Shown here one piece after another: positions 47,349 to 55,616 of a stretch of DNA of 55,616 bases (its first letter is position 1; every line of letters starts with the position of its first letter). This stretch comes from Spirochaetales bacterium. Its GTDB lineage: Bacteria > Spirochaetota > GWE2-31-10. The stretch is from positions 1 through 55,616 of the forward strand of contig JAFLVQ010000001.1 of assembly GCA_022508205.1 (NCBI GenBank), in the 5' to 3' direction. A model generated the notes under the pieces. That model was not told where the DNA came from and did not search any database. It saw only the letters and a program-made list of their open reading frames with translations. The position numbers were made by a program, and so were the translations under genes.

Positions 47349-49619
47349 TTACAAAGTTACATCGCCGTTGTCACCTTCACAAATAACTTTCGTTGCGGGA
47401 ACATTGTAATTCCAGTCCTCACCTTTCGTTATGTTTTCCCACTGTGTCGTAGTACCTTTAAAAGTGATTGTTTCAAGCGAGTAGCAATACTCGAACGCTC
47501 TGTCGCCGATGCTCGTTACGCTGTCGGGAATTGTTACGCTTTCAAGTGAAGTGCAAAACAAGAACGTCTCCTCATCGATGGAGGTAATACCGTCGGGTAT
47601 TATTATGCTTTCAAGCGAGGTACAGTTCCAGAATGCTCGACTACCGATGTCTGTCACGCTGTCGGGTATATCTATAGTTGTCAAATTTCTGCAGCCATAG
47701 AACGCCATATTCTCAATGCGCTCTACGCTGCTACCTATCGTTACATTTTCAAGCATCATACATCTACTGAATGCGCTGCCGCCGATAGAAGTAACGCCGT
47801 CTCCTATTGTCACACTTTCGAGCGAGCTGCAGCCATAGAATGTTTCATAGCCGATACGTGTTACACTGTTGGGGATTATTATGCTTGTTAAATTGCTGCA
47901 ATTATAGAATGCATAGTTATCGATATAAGTAACACCGTTGCCTATCATTACGCTTTTAAGCGAAGTACAATAATAGAATGCCTCGTAACCGATAGAAGTA
48001 ACATTGTCGGGTATTGTTATACTTTCTAAGTTGTAGCAATACTCGAACGCATAGCTACCTATTTTTGTAACGCTTTTACCTATCGTTACACTTTTAAGCG
48101 ATGTACAATTCCAGAACGTCCCATAGCTAATGCTTGTTACGTTATCGGGAATCGTTATGCTTTCCAAGTTTCTGCAGCCATAGAGAGCTCTCTCTCCGAT
48201 AGAGGTAACACCGCTGCTAATTGTTACGGTTGTTACCCCGCCCGCAACCGCAACCAATTCTTTTCCGTCTATTGTGTAAATACAATTCTCGGAACTTTTG
48301 TATGCCGTATTGCTTTCAGATATAGTCAATGAAGTTAAACCATAACAATCGGCAAACACATTGCGATCGATAGAAGTAACACCGTCTCCTATTGTCACAC
48401 TTTCGAGCGAACTGCAGCCATAGAATGTTTCATAGCCGATACTTGTTACACTGTTGGGAATTATTATGCTTGTTAAATTGCTGCAATTATGAAACGCACC
48501 GTCGCCGATAGAGGTAACACCGTTGCCTATCGTTACATTTTTAAGCGATGTACAATAATAGAACGCAGCCCCGCCGATGCTCGTCACACTGTCGGGAATT
48601 ATTATGCTTTCTAAGTCGTGGCAATAATAGAACGCATAGTTACCGATATAAGTAACACCGTCGGGGATTGTTATACTTTCTAAGTTATAGCAATCATAGA
48701 ACGTATAATTGTTAATTGTTTCCAATGTGTCGGGAAGAAGTACGGCAGTAAGTGCGCCGCAATTATAGAATGTTCCGTCATCATAATAATAAGCATCGTA
48801 AAATGACGTTATGCCTGTGGCTTTAGTCATGTCGAGAGTGATACGCTTCCATGAAGAAATGTTTCTTATTTTGGAACCGAGCAGGTCTAACTCTTTGCCC
48901 GTCCAGCTGCCGAGTAATTGTATTGTGTATGCTTCGCCGTAGGCGGCATTTGAAAGGTTTATCTCGGAAAGTTGCGAGGCATATAATTCTATTACAAAAT
49001 TCTTGATTGCCGACCAACGTGCCGTAAGCGTTATGTCATATCTAATTGGTGTACTAAAGTCAAACTTGCTGCCGCCGTAGTACCATCCGTCAAATATGTA
49101 ACCATCTTTAGTCGGGTCGGTAGGTTTAGTTGCTGTTTTCCCGTATTCGATTGTTTGCATGTCAATAATGTTTCCGTAATCATCGTAAAATGTTACGGTG
49201 TAATAGTAAATAGTATCATCGCTTCCACTGTTGCCGGAGTTCCCGTTGTTTCCGCTACCACCATTACCGCCGCTGCCTGTGTTGCCGCCGGTATTTCCTC
49301 CGCTGCCGCTTAGGGATTTCCACTGCGCATACAGTGTTACAACCGAGCTATTCGCAATCGCCAAGTTGTTCACGGTTTCTCCGTCGGCATAACTCGTGCC
49401 GCTGCCGTCAGCTTCCGTGTTCCAGCATGCGAAGGTGTAGTTTGTGCGTGTAAATGTGTTTAAATTAAGTGCTTGTTTTACGCTGATAAAAAAAGACTGC
49501 GTTGCTATATCGCCGGTGCCGTTGTTTGAATTAAAAATAACGGTATAGTAGGCGGGAGGCGGGCAGCAGCCAATGACAAACATCAGCGCGAGTAAAGTAA
49601 ATACAGTTTTTCCCTTCAT
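47349..49619 (-). CDS. BspA-type leucine-rich-repeat surface lipoprotein with two Listeria-Bacteroides (Flg_new-like) repeats
   Basis: Start moved to MKGKTVFTLLALMFVIGCC (ATG 49619, AAGGAA RBS, lipobox-like VIGC), giving 756 aa. Contains two YTV.F...G....Q......A..P..P...GY.F.GW modules, a Gly/Asn/Ser linker, and about 18 LRR_5-type units (IPDSVTSIG..AF..C.SL.SVTIG.GVT). Confidence 0.85.
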   Translation of the reverse strand: MKGKTVFTLLALMFVIGCCPPPAYYTVIFNSNNGTGDIATQSFFISVKQALNLNTFTRTNYTFACWNTEADGSGTSYADGETVNNLAIANSSVVTLYAQWKSLSGSGGNTGGNTGSGGNGGSGNNGNSGNSGSDDTIYYYTVTFYDDYGNIIDMQTIEYGKTATKPTDPTKDGYIFDGWYYGGSKFDFSTPIRYDITLTARWSAIKNFVIELYASQLSEINLSNAAYGEAYTIQLLGSWTGKELDLLGSKIRNISSWKRITLDMTKATGITSFYDAYYYDDGTFYNCGALTAVLLPDTLETINNYTFYDCYNLESITIPDGVTYIGNYAFYYCHDLESIIIPDSVTSIGGAAFYYCTSLKNVTIGNGVTSIGDGAFHNCSNLTSIIIPNSVTSIGYETFYGCSSLESVTIGDGVTSIDRNVFADCYGLTSLTISESNTAYKSSENCIYTIDGKELVAVAGGVTTVTISSGVTSIGERALYGCRNLESITIPDNVTSISYGTFWNCTSLKSVTIGKSVTKIGSYAFEYCYNLESITIPDNVTSIGYEAFYYCTSLKSVMIGNGVTYIDNYAFYNCSNLTSIIIPNSVTRIGYETFYGCSSLESVTIGDGVTSIGGSAFSRCMMLENVTIGSSVERIENMAFYGCRNLTTIDIPDSVTDIGSRAFWNCTSLESIIIPDGITSIDEETFLFCTSLESVTIPDSVTSIGDRAFEYCYSLETITFKGTTTQWENITKGEDWNYNVPATKVICEGDNGDVTL
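47783..47905. repeat. Intragenic near-identical repeat, copy 1 (within the LRR gene)
   Basis: 123 nt, matching 48368-48490 at 119/123 positions by direct comparison. Confidence 0.85.
48368..48490. repeat. Intragenic near-identical repeat, copy 2 (within the LRR gene)
   Basis: 123 nt, 585 bp (195 codons, in frame) from copy 1, with 4 mismatches. Confidence 0.85.
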
Positions 49620-49762
49620 AGTTTTATTTCCTTTTGCGTTCATTAATGAATTACAGTTTCGTTTGAGAAATTTACATACAATAGCAAATCGAAAATGCTT
49701 TATCAACAACGTAAAGAAAAAAAACATGTACTAACGGGTAAGTATTCTTTTGCCGTACAATA

Positions 49763-49803
49763 GGGACAGACCTGTATTCCAATTCAGTATTGAGGCCTGT
49801 CCC
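49763..49803. repeat. Palindromic intergenic repeat, copy c
   Basis: GGGACAGACC (49763-49772), loop tgtattccaattcagtattga, GGCCTGTCCC (49794-49803). The right arm lies inside the last codons of the ABC ATPase ORF. Confidence 0.75.
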
Positions 49804-50596
49804 GCAAATTGTCCTTTGAACTACCGCAGGAAGGATTTTCGAGAATATCGCGGTATAAATTTTCTTTCTGCTTGAGCATTGCCAACGGAACATTGTAAGC
49901 CGTTTCAATGTTTTCTTTCGTCAGCACGTCTTTCGTTTTGCCGACAAGCGTATGTTTGTCCCGAAACAAGATGCAGGCGTAATCGGAATATTTCTCGCAA
50001 AGGTTCAGTTCGTGCGCACAGAAAACAAACGACATCTTGTTTTTGCGCGAATAATCGGAAATATACTCCAACGCTTTTTCTTTTTGATACTCTTCCAGTG
50101 CAAAAACAGGTTCATCCATTATTATATTTTTTGAGCCGTAAAGAAGACTGAATGCCATTATAATGCGCTGTAATTCGCCTTTGCTGACTTCTTGAGTTTT
50201 GCGGTTCAGAACGTTTGAAAGCTCGAAAACACTGATTAATTCCTGCAAAAAACTTTCTTTCTTTTCCGAGTGAAATCCATTTTCGTACACATAACGCAGT
50301 AAATCACCGGAAGGTTCTTCCGATTCAAATTCCATATTTTGGAAAACAAAAGAAACCAATGCTTGACGTTCTTCCATTGATACAAATTCTTTTGTATTGC
50401 GGCCGCAAATATAAACATCGCCGCTTTGAGGTACATCTGTACCGGAAGCAAGAAGCAGTATTGTTGACTTTCCCGTTCCGTTTTCTCCGATAATCGATGT
50501 TACTCCCGCCGGAATTTCCGCAGAAAAATTGGTCAGTATTTCTTCGTCGAAATCCGGATAATGATACGTTGCATTTTTAAAAATGAATTCACTCAT
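49784..50596 (-). CDS. ABC transporter ATP-binding protein (orphan, no adjacent permease)
   Basis: Start moved to MSEFIFKNATYHY (ATG 50596, AAGGAG RBS), giving 270 aa. Walker A GENGTGKST, signature-like SKGELQR, Walker B IIMDEP. Confidence 0.85.
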   Translation of the reverse strand: MSEFIFKNATYHYPDFDEEILTNFSAEIPAGVTSIIGENGTGKSTILLLASGTDVPQSGDVYICGRNTKEFVSMEERQALVSFVFQNMEFESEEPSGDLLRYVYENGFHSEKKESFLQELISVFELSNVLNRKTQEVSKGELQRIIMAFSLLYGSKNIIMDEPVFALEEYQKEKALEYISDYSRKNKMSFVFCAHELNLCEKYSDYACILFRDKHTLVGKTKDVLTKENIETAYNVPLAMLKQKENLYRDILENPSCGSSKDNLRDRPQY

Positions 50597-50719
50597 AATG
50601 AATTGCTCCTTAATTTCTACAGCAAAATCTCGAATCTTGCCTAATATCAGAAAAAATGCTAATATGAAAGGCATATTTAAACAGATTTACAACTAAAAGT
50701 TTTATCTTAGGACAGTTTA

Positions 50720-51466
50720 ATGAGAAAACTTTTACTTCTTTTGTTATTCAGTACATTGCTTTTCGGTCTGCACGCAAACGAAGAAAATAAAATTTCGGAT
50801 TTTTCATTTGATTTTACCGCAAAACAAAATATGCGTAATACGGCTTCCGATGAATTTGAAATAACAAAACGGTTAGTACATTACAACCGCTGCAATATGA
50901 CGGGAATTTTTTTATTATCATACAGTATTCCGACATTTTTATGGTCTGTTGCTTCATCATCTGTTTTTTTAAAAATGGAAGAAAAATCCGATCCAAACAG
51001 CGAAGCATGGGGTGCGGTTTCGTTTACTTCCGGCATATTGTGCTCCGGCTTGTTGTGTTCCGGGCTGATTTTGCTTATTTTCGGAGCAGTCAAATATCAT
51101 CGTTATAAAAAATGGGGGAATGCAGGTACTTTATATAATACGTTTCTTTCCGAACAAAGATTGTTTTCGTACATTGCTATCGGCGGAGGAATTGCAACGG
51201 GTGTAGGAACGTCGTCGCTTATAAGCGGCGGTGCGGCAATGCTTTTTTTCCCGCAAGTAATATCATCGTACATTTTTTGCGGTTTTCTTATAGCTTCGGC
51301 TACTCTGCTGACTGTAAGTTTGCCGGCGATGATTGCTTGTCTGTCGCTGAGAAGTTGGCTGAAAAAAGAATGCAGACGGCTCGGTTTTTTAATACCGTCG
51401 TCCGAAAACAGTGATTTCAATCTTTCCGTAAGCATTCCGCTTGAAATTGCACCGCAGAGAAAATAA
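50720..51466 (+). CDS. Hypothetical membrane protein
   Basis: 248 aa. Signal peptide MRKLLLLLLFSTLLFGLHA and about four hydrophobic segments. No family recognised. Confidence 0.55.
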   Translation: MRKLLLLLLFSTLLFGLHANEENKISDFSFDFTAKQNMRNTASDEFEITKRLVHYNRCNMTGIFLLSYSIPTFLWSVASSSVFLKMEEKSDPNSEAWGAVSFTSGILCSGLLCSGLILLIFGAVKYHRYKKWGNAGTLYNTFLSEQRLFSYIAIGGGIATGVGTSSLISGGAAMLFFPQVISSYIFCGFLIASATLLTVSLPAMIACLSLRSWLKKECRRLGFLIPSSENSDFNLSVSIPLEIAPQRK

Positions 51467-51485
51467 ACTGCGAAAGGGAATAAAA

Positions 51486-52199
51486 ATGAAACTTCCGATA
51501 AAAAACAATTACGGTCAAGTATATACAATCCGTCCATCGAAAATAATTGCAGTCGGGCTGAATTACAGAACGCATCTTGCGGAAAGCGATACGGTCAATG
51601 TACGCGGATTTTCAGCCGATATTCCCGCAGAACCTGTCATTTTCCCCAAAACGCCCAATGCCATTACCGGAAACGGAACTGCGATAAAACTTCCGGCTAT
51701 TGCCGAAAAGTATGGGTATGAAGCATTGCGTACCGATTACGAAGGTGAACTGGCAGTGATAATCGGGAAGAAATGCAAAAATATCACACCGGACAACGCT
51801 TTTGATTACATTTATGGCTACACAATTGCGAATGATGTCAGTCAACGAAATATTCAGAATGCGGATAAATCAGGGTGGTTTCGCGGAAAATCGTTTGATA
51901 CGTTTTTGCCTTTGGGCCCGGAAATTCTTTTGCATAAAGATGTTGCCGATGTGCAGAATCTGCGTTTGGTAACTCGCTTAAACGGCGTTACAGTGCAGGA
52001 CAGCAATACAAAAATGATGATTTTTCCGGTAAATGAACTGGTAGCCTATTTGTCGCGCAATTTTACTATGGAACCGGGCGACATCGTGTTGACCGGAACG
52101 CCGGGCGGTGTCGGGCAGCTGCATGTCGGCGACTCAATCGAAATTGAAATCGAACAAATCGGAATTTTACGCAATACGGTAGAAAACGAAATCGAGTAA
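51486..52199 (+). CDS. Fumarylacetoacetate hydrolase (FAH) family protein
   Basis: Start moved to MKLPIKNNYG (ATG 51486, AAAGGGA RBS, clears the upstream gene), giving 237 aa. Motifs ..YEGELAVIIGKK.., ..NDVSQRN.., ..GKSFDTF.PLGP.., ..PGDIVLTGTPGGVG... Confidence 0.88.
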   Translation: MKLPIKNNYGQVYTIRPSKIIAVGLNYRTHLAESDTVNVRGFSADIPAEPVIFPKTPNAITGNGTAIKLPAIAEKYGYEALRTDYEGELAVIIGKKCKNITPDNAFDYIYGYTIANDVSQRNIQNADKSGWFRGKSFDTFLPLGPEILLHKDVADVQNLRLVTRLNGVTVQDSNTKMMIFPVNELVAYLSRNFTMEPGDIVLTGTPGGVGQLHVGDSIEIEIEQIGILRNTVENEIE

Positions 52200-52214
52200 T
52201 CGTTCGGATTCGTT

Positions 52215-53414
52215 TCAGGCGTCATGGCTCAATAATTTTTTGTGCAAACAATCTATTCCGAATGCGCCTATCGGTGCCGTGATAATAATTGCCATTACGG
52301 CTACGGACAAAACGATTGCTCCGCACGGCAGATCGGCTGCAAGAGGAACTGCCCCGACAGCGGCTTGAATTGTAGCCTTAGGAAGATATGCTATTACGCA
52401 GAACAATCGTTCTTTCCATGAAAGTTTTGTTCCCAATGTGCAAAAAACGACTCCGACGGTTCTGAACAGCAGCGCGGTAAAAATGATTGCAATGGCGCAA
52501 AGCCCCGCTTCATAGGTGTATCTGATGTCGACCGCTGCGCCTACCAAAACAAAAAGCATGATTTCAGCGGCAATCCATAATTTCCCGAACTTATCGGAAA
52601 GTCTTTTTGAAACGAACGAGGTGCTTTTTATCTTCAGCATACATGCCATGCTCATAACGGCAAGAAGACCGGAAACCGATATTTTCCCTTCAAGCCAATA
52701 TTCTGCCGAAACCAAAAGAAACGATATGCCGAGAATTATTATTGTTTTCATACTGTTTCGCACATGGTGCTTGTGTTTATACATCACCTCAAAAAAGCGA
52801 TACAGCAAATATCCGACTGCGGCACCTAATGCGATTCCGCATATTATCGAGATCGGAATATTTACAAAATCCATTGTATTTGCACTTTCCCCTTGTGCCA
52901 TGCCTAAAAATGTTGTGAAAAGTACGATAACAAAAATATCGTCACATGACGATGCCGCCATAATCATTTGCGGAATCGCTTTTTCGGTACCGTATTTATT
53001 TTCTATAAGGTAAATCATGCGCGGCACAACAACAGCCGGCGAAACTGCCGCAAGTACGGCTCCCATTATTGCGGCGTCGATTCTGCCGATTCCGAGGATT
53101 ATCGGAGCGAACAGAATATAGCCGACGATTTCAAATGAAGCGGGAACAAATGAAAGCAGAATTGTCGGAAGACCGGCTTTTTTCAGGTCTTCGAGATTCA
53201 GTGAAAGTCCGGCTTTTAAAAGGATTATAATAAGTGCGATTTTTCTCAAATCGGCCGATATTGACAAAATTGAGGGATCCAAACGTTTGAGCACGTATGG
53301 CCCCAATATAATACCGGTGGCAAGCATGCCGATTATGCGCGGGAGCTTGACCCATTGGCACAGAGCAGCTGCCGTAAGACCGACTAAAAAAATTAACGAT
53401 AAGGATGTCAGCAT
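52215..53414 (-). CDS. Cation:proton antiporter (Na+/H+ exchanger family)
   Basis: About 399 aa from ATG 53414 (GGAGGA RBS). The track start at 53438 is also possible. Has 10-12 hydrophobic helices with a CPA-type pattern. Confidence 0.82.
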   Translation of the reverse strand: MLTSLSLIFLVGLTAAALCQWVKLPRIIGMLATGIILGPYVLKRLDPSILSISADLRKIALIIILLKAGLSLNLEDLKKAGLPTILLSFVPASFEIVGYILFAPIILGIGRIDAAIMGAVLAAVSPAVVVPRMIYLIENKYGTEKAIPQMIMAASSCDDIFVIVLFTTFLGMAQGESANTMDFVNIPISIICGIALGAAVGYLLYRFFEVMYKHKHHVRNSMKTIIILGISFLLVSAEYWLEGKISVSGLLAVMSMACMLKIKSTSFVSKRLSDKFGKLWIAAEIMLFVLVGAAVDIRYTYEAGLCAIAIIFTALLFRTVGVVFCTLGTKLSWKERLFCVIAYLPKATIQAAVGAVPLAADLPCGAIVLSVAVMAIIITAPIGAFGIDCLHKKLLSHDA

Positions 53415-53450
53415 AAATCCTCCATGCAGCAAGAACAACTTTTGTGCGGT

Positions 53451-53939
53451 TTATACATTATTATAAAAGTCGTCAACTGATATTTGCGATGATTCGCGTC
53501 GGCTTGGAAATATAACTTTTTCCATCCGAATATGAAGACAGTTTTCGTCCGAATAAAAATTTCCTGCAGTATGATACCCCTGTTTTTCATAAAAACCGAC
53601 AGCCTGCTTTTGTGCGGACAGTCTGATGACGGCGGGCTGCTGCGAATCTGCGATTTTGGCTATTTCTTTTTCAGCATAGGAAAGTATTTTTGCGCCATAC
53701 TGCTTTCCGCGATGCATTTTGACAACTGCAATTCTGCCGATTGAGTAGCATTTGTGCGATTTGCAGTAATATATTCTGCATGTCGCAACCGGATTTTGGT
53801 TTTCATACATAATGATATGAGTTGCGGATTTGTCGATTTCGTCAAACTCATTGAAAAAACCTTGTTCTTCCATAAATACATCTTTTCTTATATTGGCTGC
53901 GTCCTGCGGCAAATAATTATGACTTTCACATTTTTCCAT
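53451..53939 (-). CDS. GNAT-family N-acetyltransferase
   Basis: 162 aa. Acetyl-CoA motif A ..IAVVKMHRGKQYGAKILSYAE.. and ..AVGFYEKQGY... Confidence 0.85.
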   Translation of the reverse strand: MEKCESHNYLPQDAANIRKDVFMEEQGFFNEFDEIDKSATHIIMYENQNPVATCRIYYCKSHKCYSIGRIAVVKMHRGKQYGAKILSYAEKEIAKIADSQQPAVIRLSAQKQAVGFYEKQGYHTAGNFYSDENCLHIRMEKVIFPSRRESSQISVDDFYNNV

Positions 53940-54086
53940 TTATCCGAACTTCCGATTCTTTTTGATTTGTGCATATTATATGTAAAAAACAAGAGAAATA
54001 GAATGCAGAAAAGACTGTTTGCGGTAAAAATATGTCATATTTGAATAAACCGATTATCAGCTAAAAGTCGGTGCCTTATCGTGCAT

Positions 54087-54115
54087 TTGCCAATGAATGC
54101 TTTATTTTCTATAAT
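54087..54115 (+). promoter_or_regulatory. Putative sigma70 promoter of the MATE gene
   Basis: TTGCCA (54087-54092), 17-nt spacer, TATAAT (54110-54115), 46 nt upstream of the ATG. AAGGAAGG RBS follows. Confidence 0.45.
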
Positions 54116-54161
54116 ATAAAGTACCAAGCTGTTGTAATTCAGAAAAGGAAGGCTCTTCATT

Positions 54162-55517
54162 ATGATGGTCAAACTTTCGGACCACTTCACTTATAAAAAA
54201 CTGTTCAATGCGGTTTTTCCGTCTATTTTAATGATGCTTTTTACATCGTTCTACACTATCGTAGACGGAGTGTTTGTGTCGAACCTCGTAGGCAAGACAC
54301 CTTTTGCCGCACTTAATCTCATTTATCCCGTTATTTCCATCATCGGAGCAATCGGTTTTATGCTCGGTGCCGGCGGGTCGGCGTTGGTGGCTAAAACGCT
54401 CGGCGAAAAAAACTCACAACGGGCAAATAAAATTTTTTCTATGGTGGTATATTTTACTGCAATAATCGGCATGATATTTTCCGTTGTGGGCGCAATCGTT
54501 GTCGAACCTGTTTCCATTGCACTCGGCGCTACTCCCGATATGCTGCCCTATTGCATAAGTTACGGCAGAATTCTGCTTGCGGGTGAAGCTGCATTTATGT
54601 TGCAGTTTCTCTTTAACTCTTTTTTTGTTGTTGCTGAAAAGCCGCATCTCGGTTTTGCAGTGTCTATTATTGCAGGTTCGGTGAATTTTATTTTGGATGC
54701 TGTATTTATCGCAGTCTGCAAATGGGGAATTGCCGGTGCTGCCGCCGCGACGCTTGCGGGGCAAATTGTCGGAACAATTATTCCGATAATATATTTTTCC
54801 GTAAAGAATAAAAGTCCGCTGCATCTTGTCGCGGCAAAACTTGAAATCAAGCCGATATTGCGCGCATGTACCAACGGCTCATCGGAGTTTTTAAGCAATA
54901 TTTCAATGTCAATCGTCAATATGCTTTATAACATCCAGCTGTTCAGATATATCGGTGAGAACGGCATTGTCGCATACGGAATTATGATGTATCTGGCGTT
55001 TATCTTCTCGTCGATATTCCTTGGATATGCGATAGGCTCCGCTCCGCTTGTTGGGTATCATTACGGTGCTCAAAATCATGACGAACTTAAAAATTTACTC
55101 AGAAAAAGTTTGTTGATTATGTTTGCTGTCGGAGTATTAATGACAGCTCTTGCCGAAGTACTCGCGCGTCCTATGAGTATGATTTTCGTAAGTTATGACA
55201 AAAGTTTGCTTGATATGACTGCATTCGGTCTGCGTATATATTCGATTTCTTTTATACTTGTAGGTATTAATATTTTTGCGTCTTCGTTCTTTACTGCCCT
55301 CAACAACGGATTTATCTCCGCAGTTATATCGATTGCGCGTACCTTGCTCTTTCAAATTTTCGCTGTTATGGTTATGCCGCTCATCATGGGCGTCAATGGC
55401 ATTTGGTCTGCCGTCATTGCCGCCGAGGGGTTGTCTGTAATGGTCAGCGCAATCTGCATTGTTGCCTGCAGCAGAAAATATCATTATGAACATTTTTTTA
55501 GGCGAAGTCATAATTAG
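54162..55517 (+). CDS. MATE-family multidrug/toxin efflux transporter
   Basis: 451 aa, 12 predicted TMs, with a MATE-like N-terminus (..ILMMLFTSFYTIVDGVFVS..). Confidence 0.9.
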   Translation: MMVKLSDHFTYKKLFNAVFPSILMMLFTSFYTIVDGVFVSNLVGKTPFAALNLIYPVISIIGAIGFMLGAGGSALVAKTLGEKNSQRANKIFSMVVYFTAIIGMIFSVVGAIVVEPVSIALGATPDMLPYCISYGRILLAGEAAFMLQFLFNSFFVVAEKPHLGFAVSIIAGSVNFILDAVFIAVCKWGIAGAAAATLAGQIVGTIIPIIYFSVKNKSPLHLVAAKLEIKPILRACTNGSSEFLSNISMSIVNMLYNIQLFRYIGENGIVAYGIMMYLAFIFSSIFLGYAIGSAPLVGYHYGAQNHDELKNLLRKSLLIMFAVGVLMTALAEVLARPMSMIFVSYDKSLLDMTAFGLRIYSISFILVGINIFASSFFTALNNGFISAVISIARTLLFQIFAVMVMPLIMGVNGIWSAVIAAEGLSVMVSAICIVACSRKYHYEHFFRRSHN

Positions 55518-55616
55518 GTTTAAATGCGTTGAAATATCGCTGAATTATGAATCATTTTCTAAACACAAATAAATATTCATGCGCCAATAACAGGAAGTTA
55601 AACTTTATGCTGTTAG

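Noticed and set aside
47349-49100. Regular ~69-bp periodic DNA repeats that could be mistaken for a CRISPR array or tandem satellite
   Set aside because: The periodicity is the 23-residue BspA-type LRR unit inside one long open reading frame. There are no unique spacers flanked by identical repeats and no cas genes.
55607-55616. Possible start of another gene (ATG CTG TTA G) after an AGGAAG RBS at the right window edge
   Set aside because: Only three codons are visible, so it cannot be supported.
1-55616. Search for a defence island, prophage, integrative element, toxin-antitoxin pair, retron/DGR or CRISPR-Cas
   Set aside because: I could see no integrase, transposase, reverse transcriptase, restriction/methylase, cas, phage structural or small paired toxin-antitoxin ORFs. 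The tRNA cluster has no adjacent integrase or direct repeat of a tRNA 3' end. No such system is claimed.

Overview
This 55.6-kb AT-rich bacterial chromosome segment is centred on the replication origin. By eye, GC is about 27-35% over the left 35 kb, about 40% in the arg/car operon, and about 45-50% right of 46.4 kb. Genes left of about 10.6-11.1 kb run on the minus strand: uvrB, a seven-gene V-type ATPase operon and an RluA-family synthase. Genes to the right run on the plus strand: dnaA-dnaN-recF-DUF721, rpmH-rnpA-yidD-yidC-jag, radA, two secreted paralog-like proteins and an OmpR/HK pair. Next comes a minus-strand block: recR-ybaB-dnaX, SRP RNA, a tRNA cluster (three tRNA-Ser, one tRNA-Arg, one aberrant tRNA-like element) and polA. 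After that come a PilZ plus ParA/MinD-like pair, coaD, ctpA, a degenerate 5'-nucleotidase homolog, a SPOR protein, PtsN-like EIIA and argJ-argB-argD-carA-carB. The GC-richer right end carries a nitroreductase, a BspA-type LRR lipoprotein, an orphan ABC ATPase, an FAH hydrolase, a cation/H+ antiporter, a GNAT and a MATE pump. Gene content suggests a diderm, possibly a Treponema-like spirochaete (long periplasmic YidC, V-ATPase with DUF2764, BspA-LRR, PilZ). That assignment is a tentative inference from memory. I found no CRISPR array, transposase, integrase, phage module or recognisable defence genes, and I cannot point to a clear novel multi-gene system. This is mostly core housekeeping DNA. 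The most unusual items are:
- a three-copy palindromic repeat family, two copies of which bracket a compositionally foreign two-gene segment;
- a decayed tRNA-like element abutting the SRP RNA;
- a tRNA-Arg that folds with anticodon GCG;
- an A11 tract at the domain III boundary of dnaX, with stops in both alternative frames;
- a perfect 20-bp palindrome between polA and a PilZ-ParA pair;
- two apparent pseudo-enzymes (PanB-like and 5'-nucleotidase-like).
All motif matches are by-eye comparisons. No database search was run.
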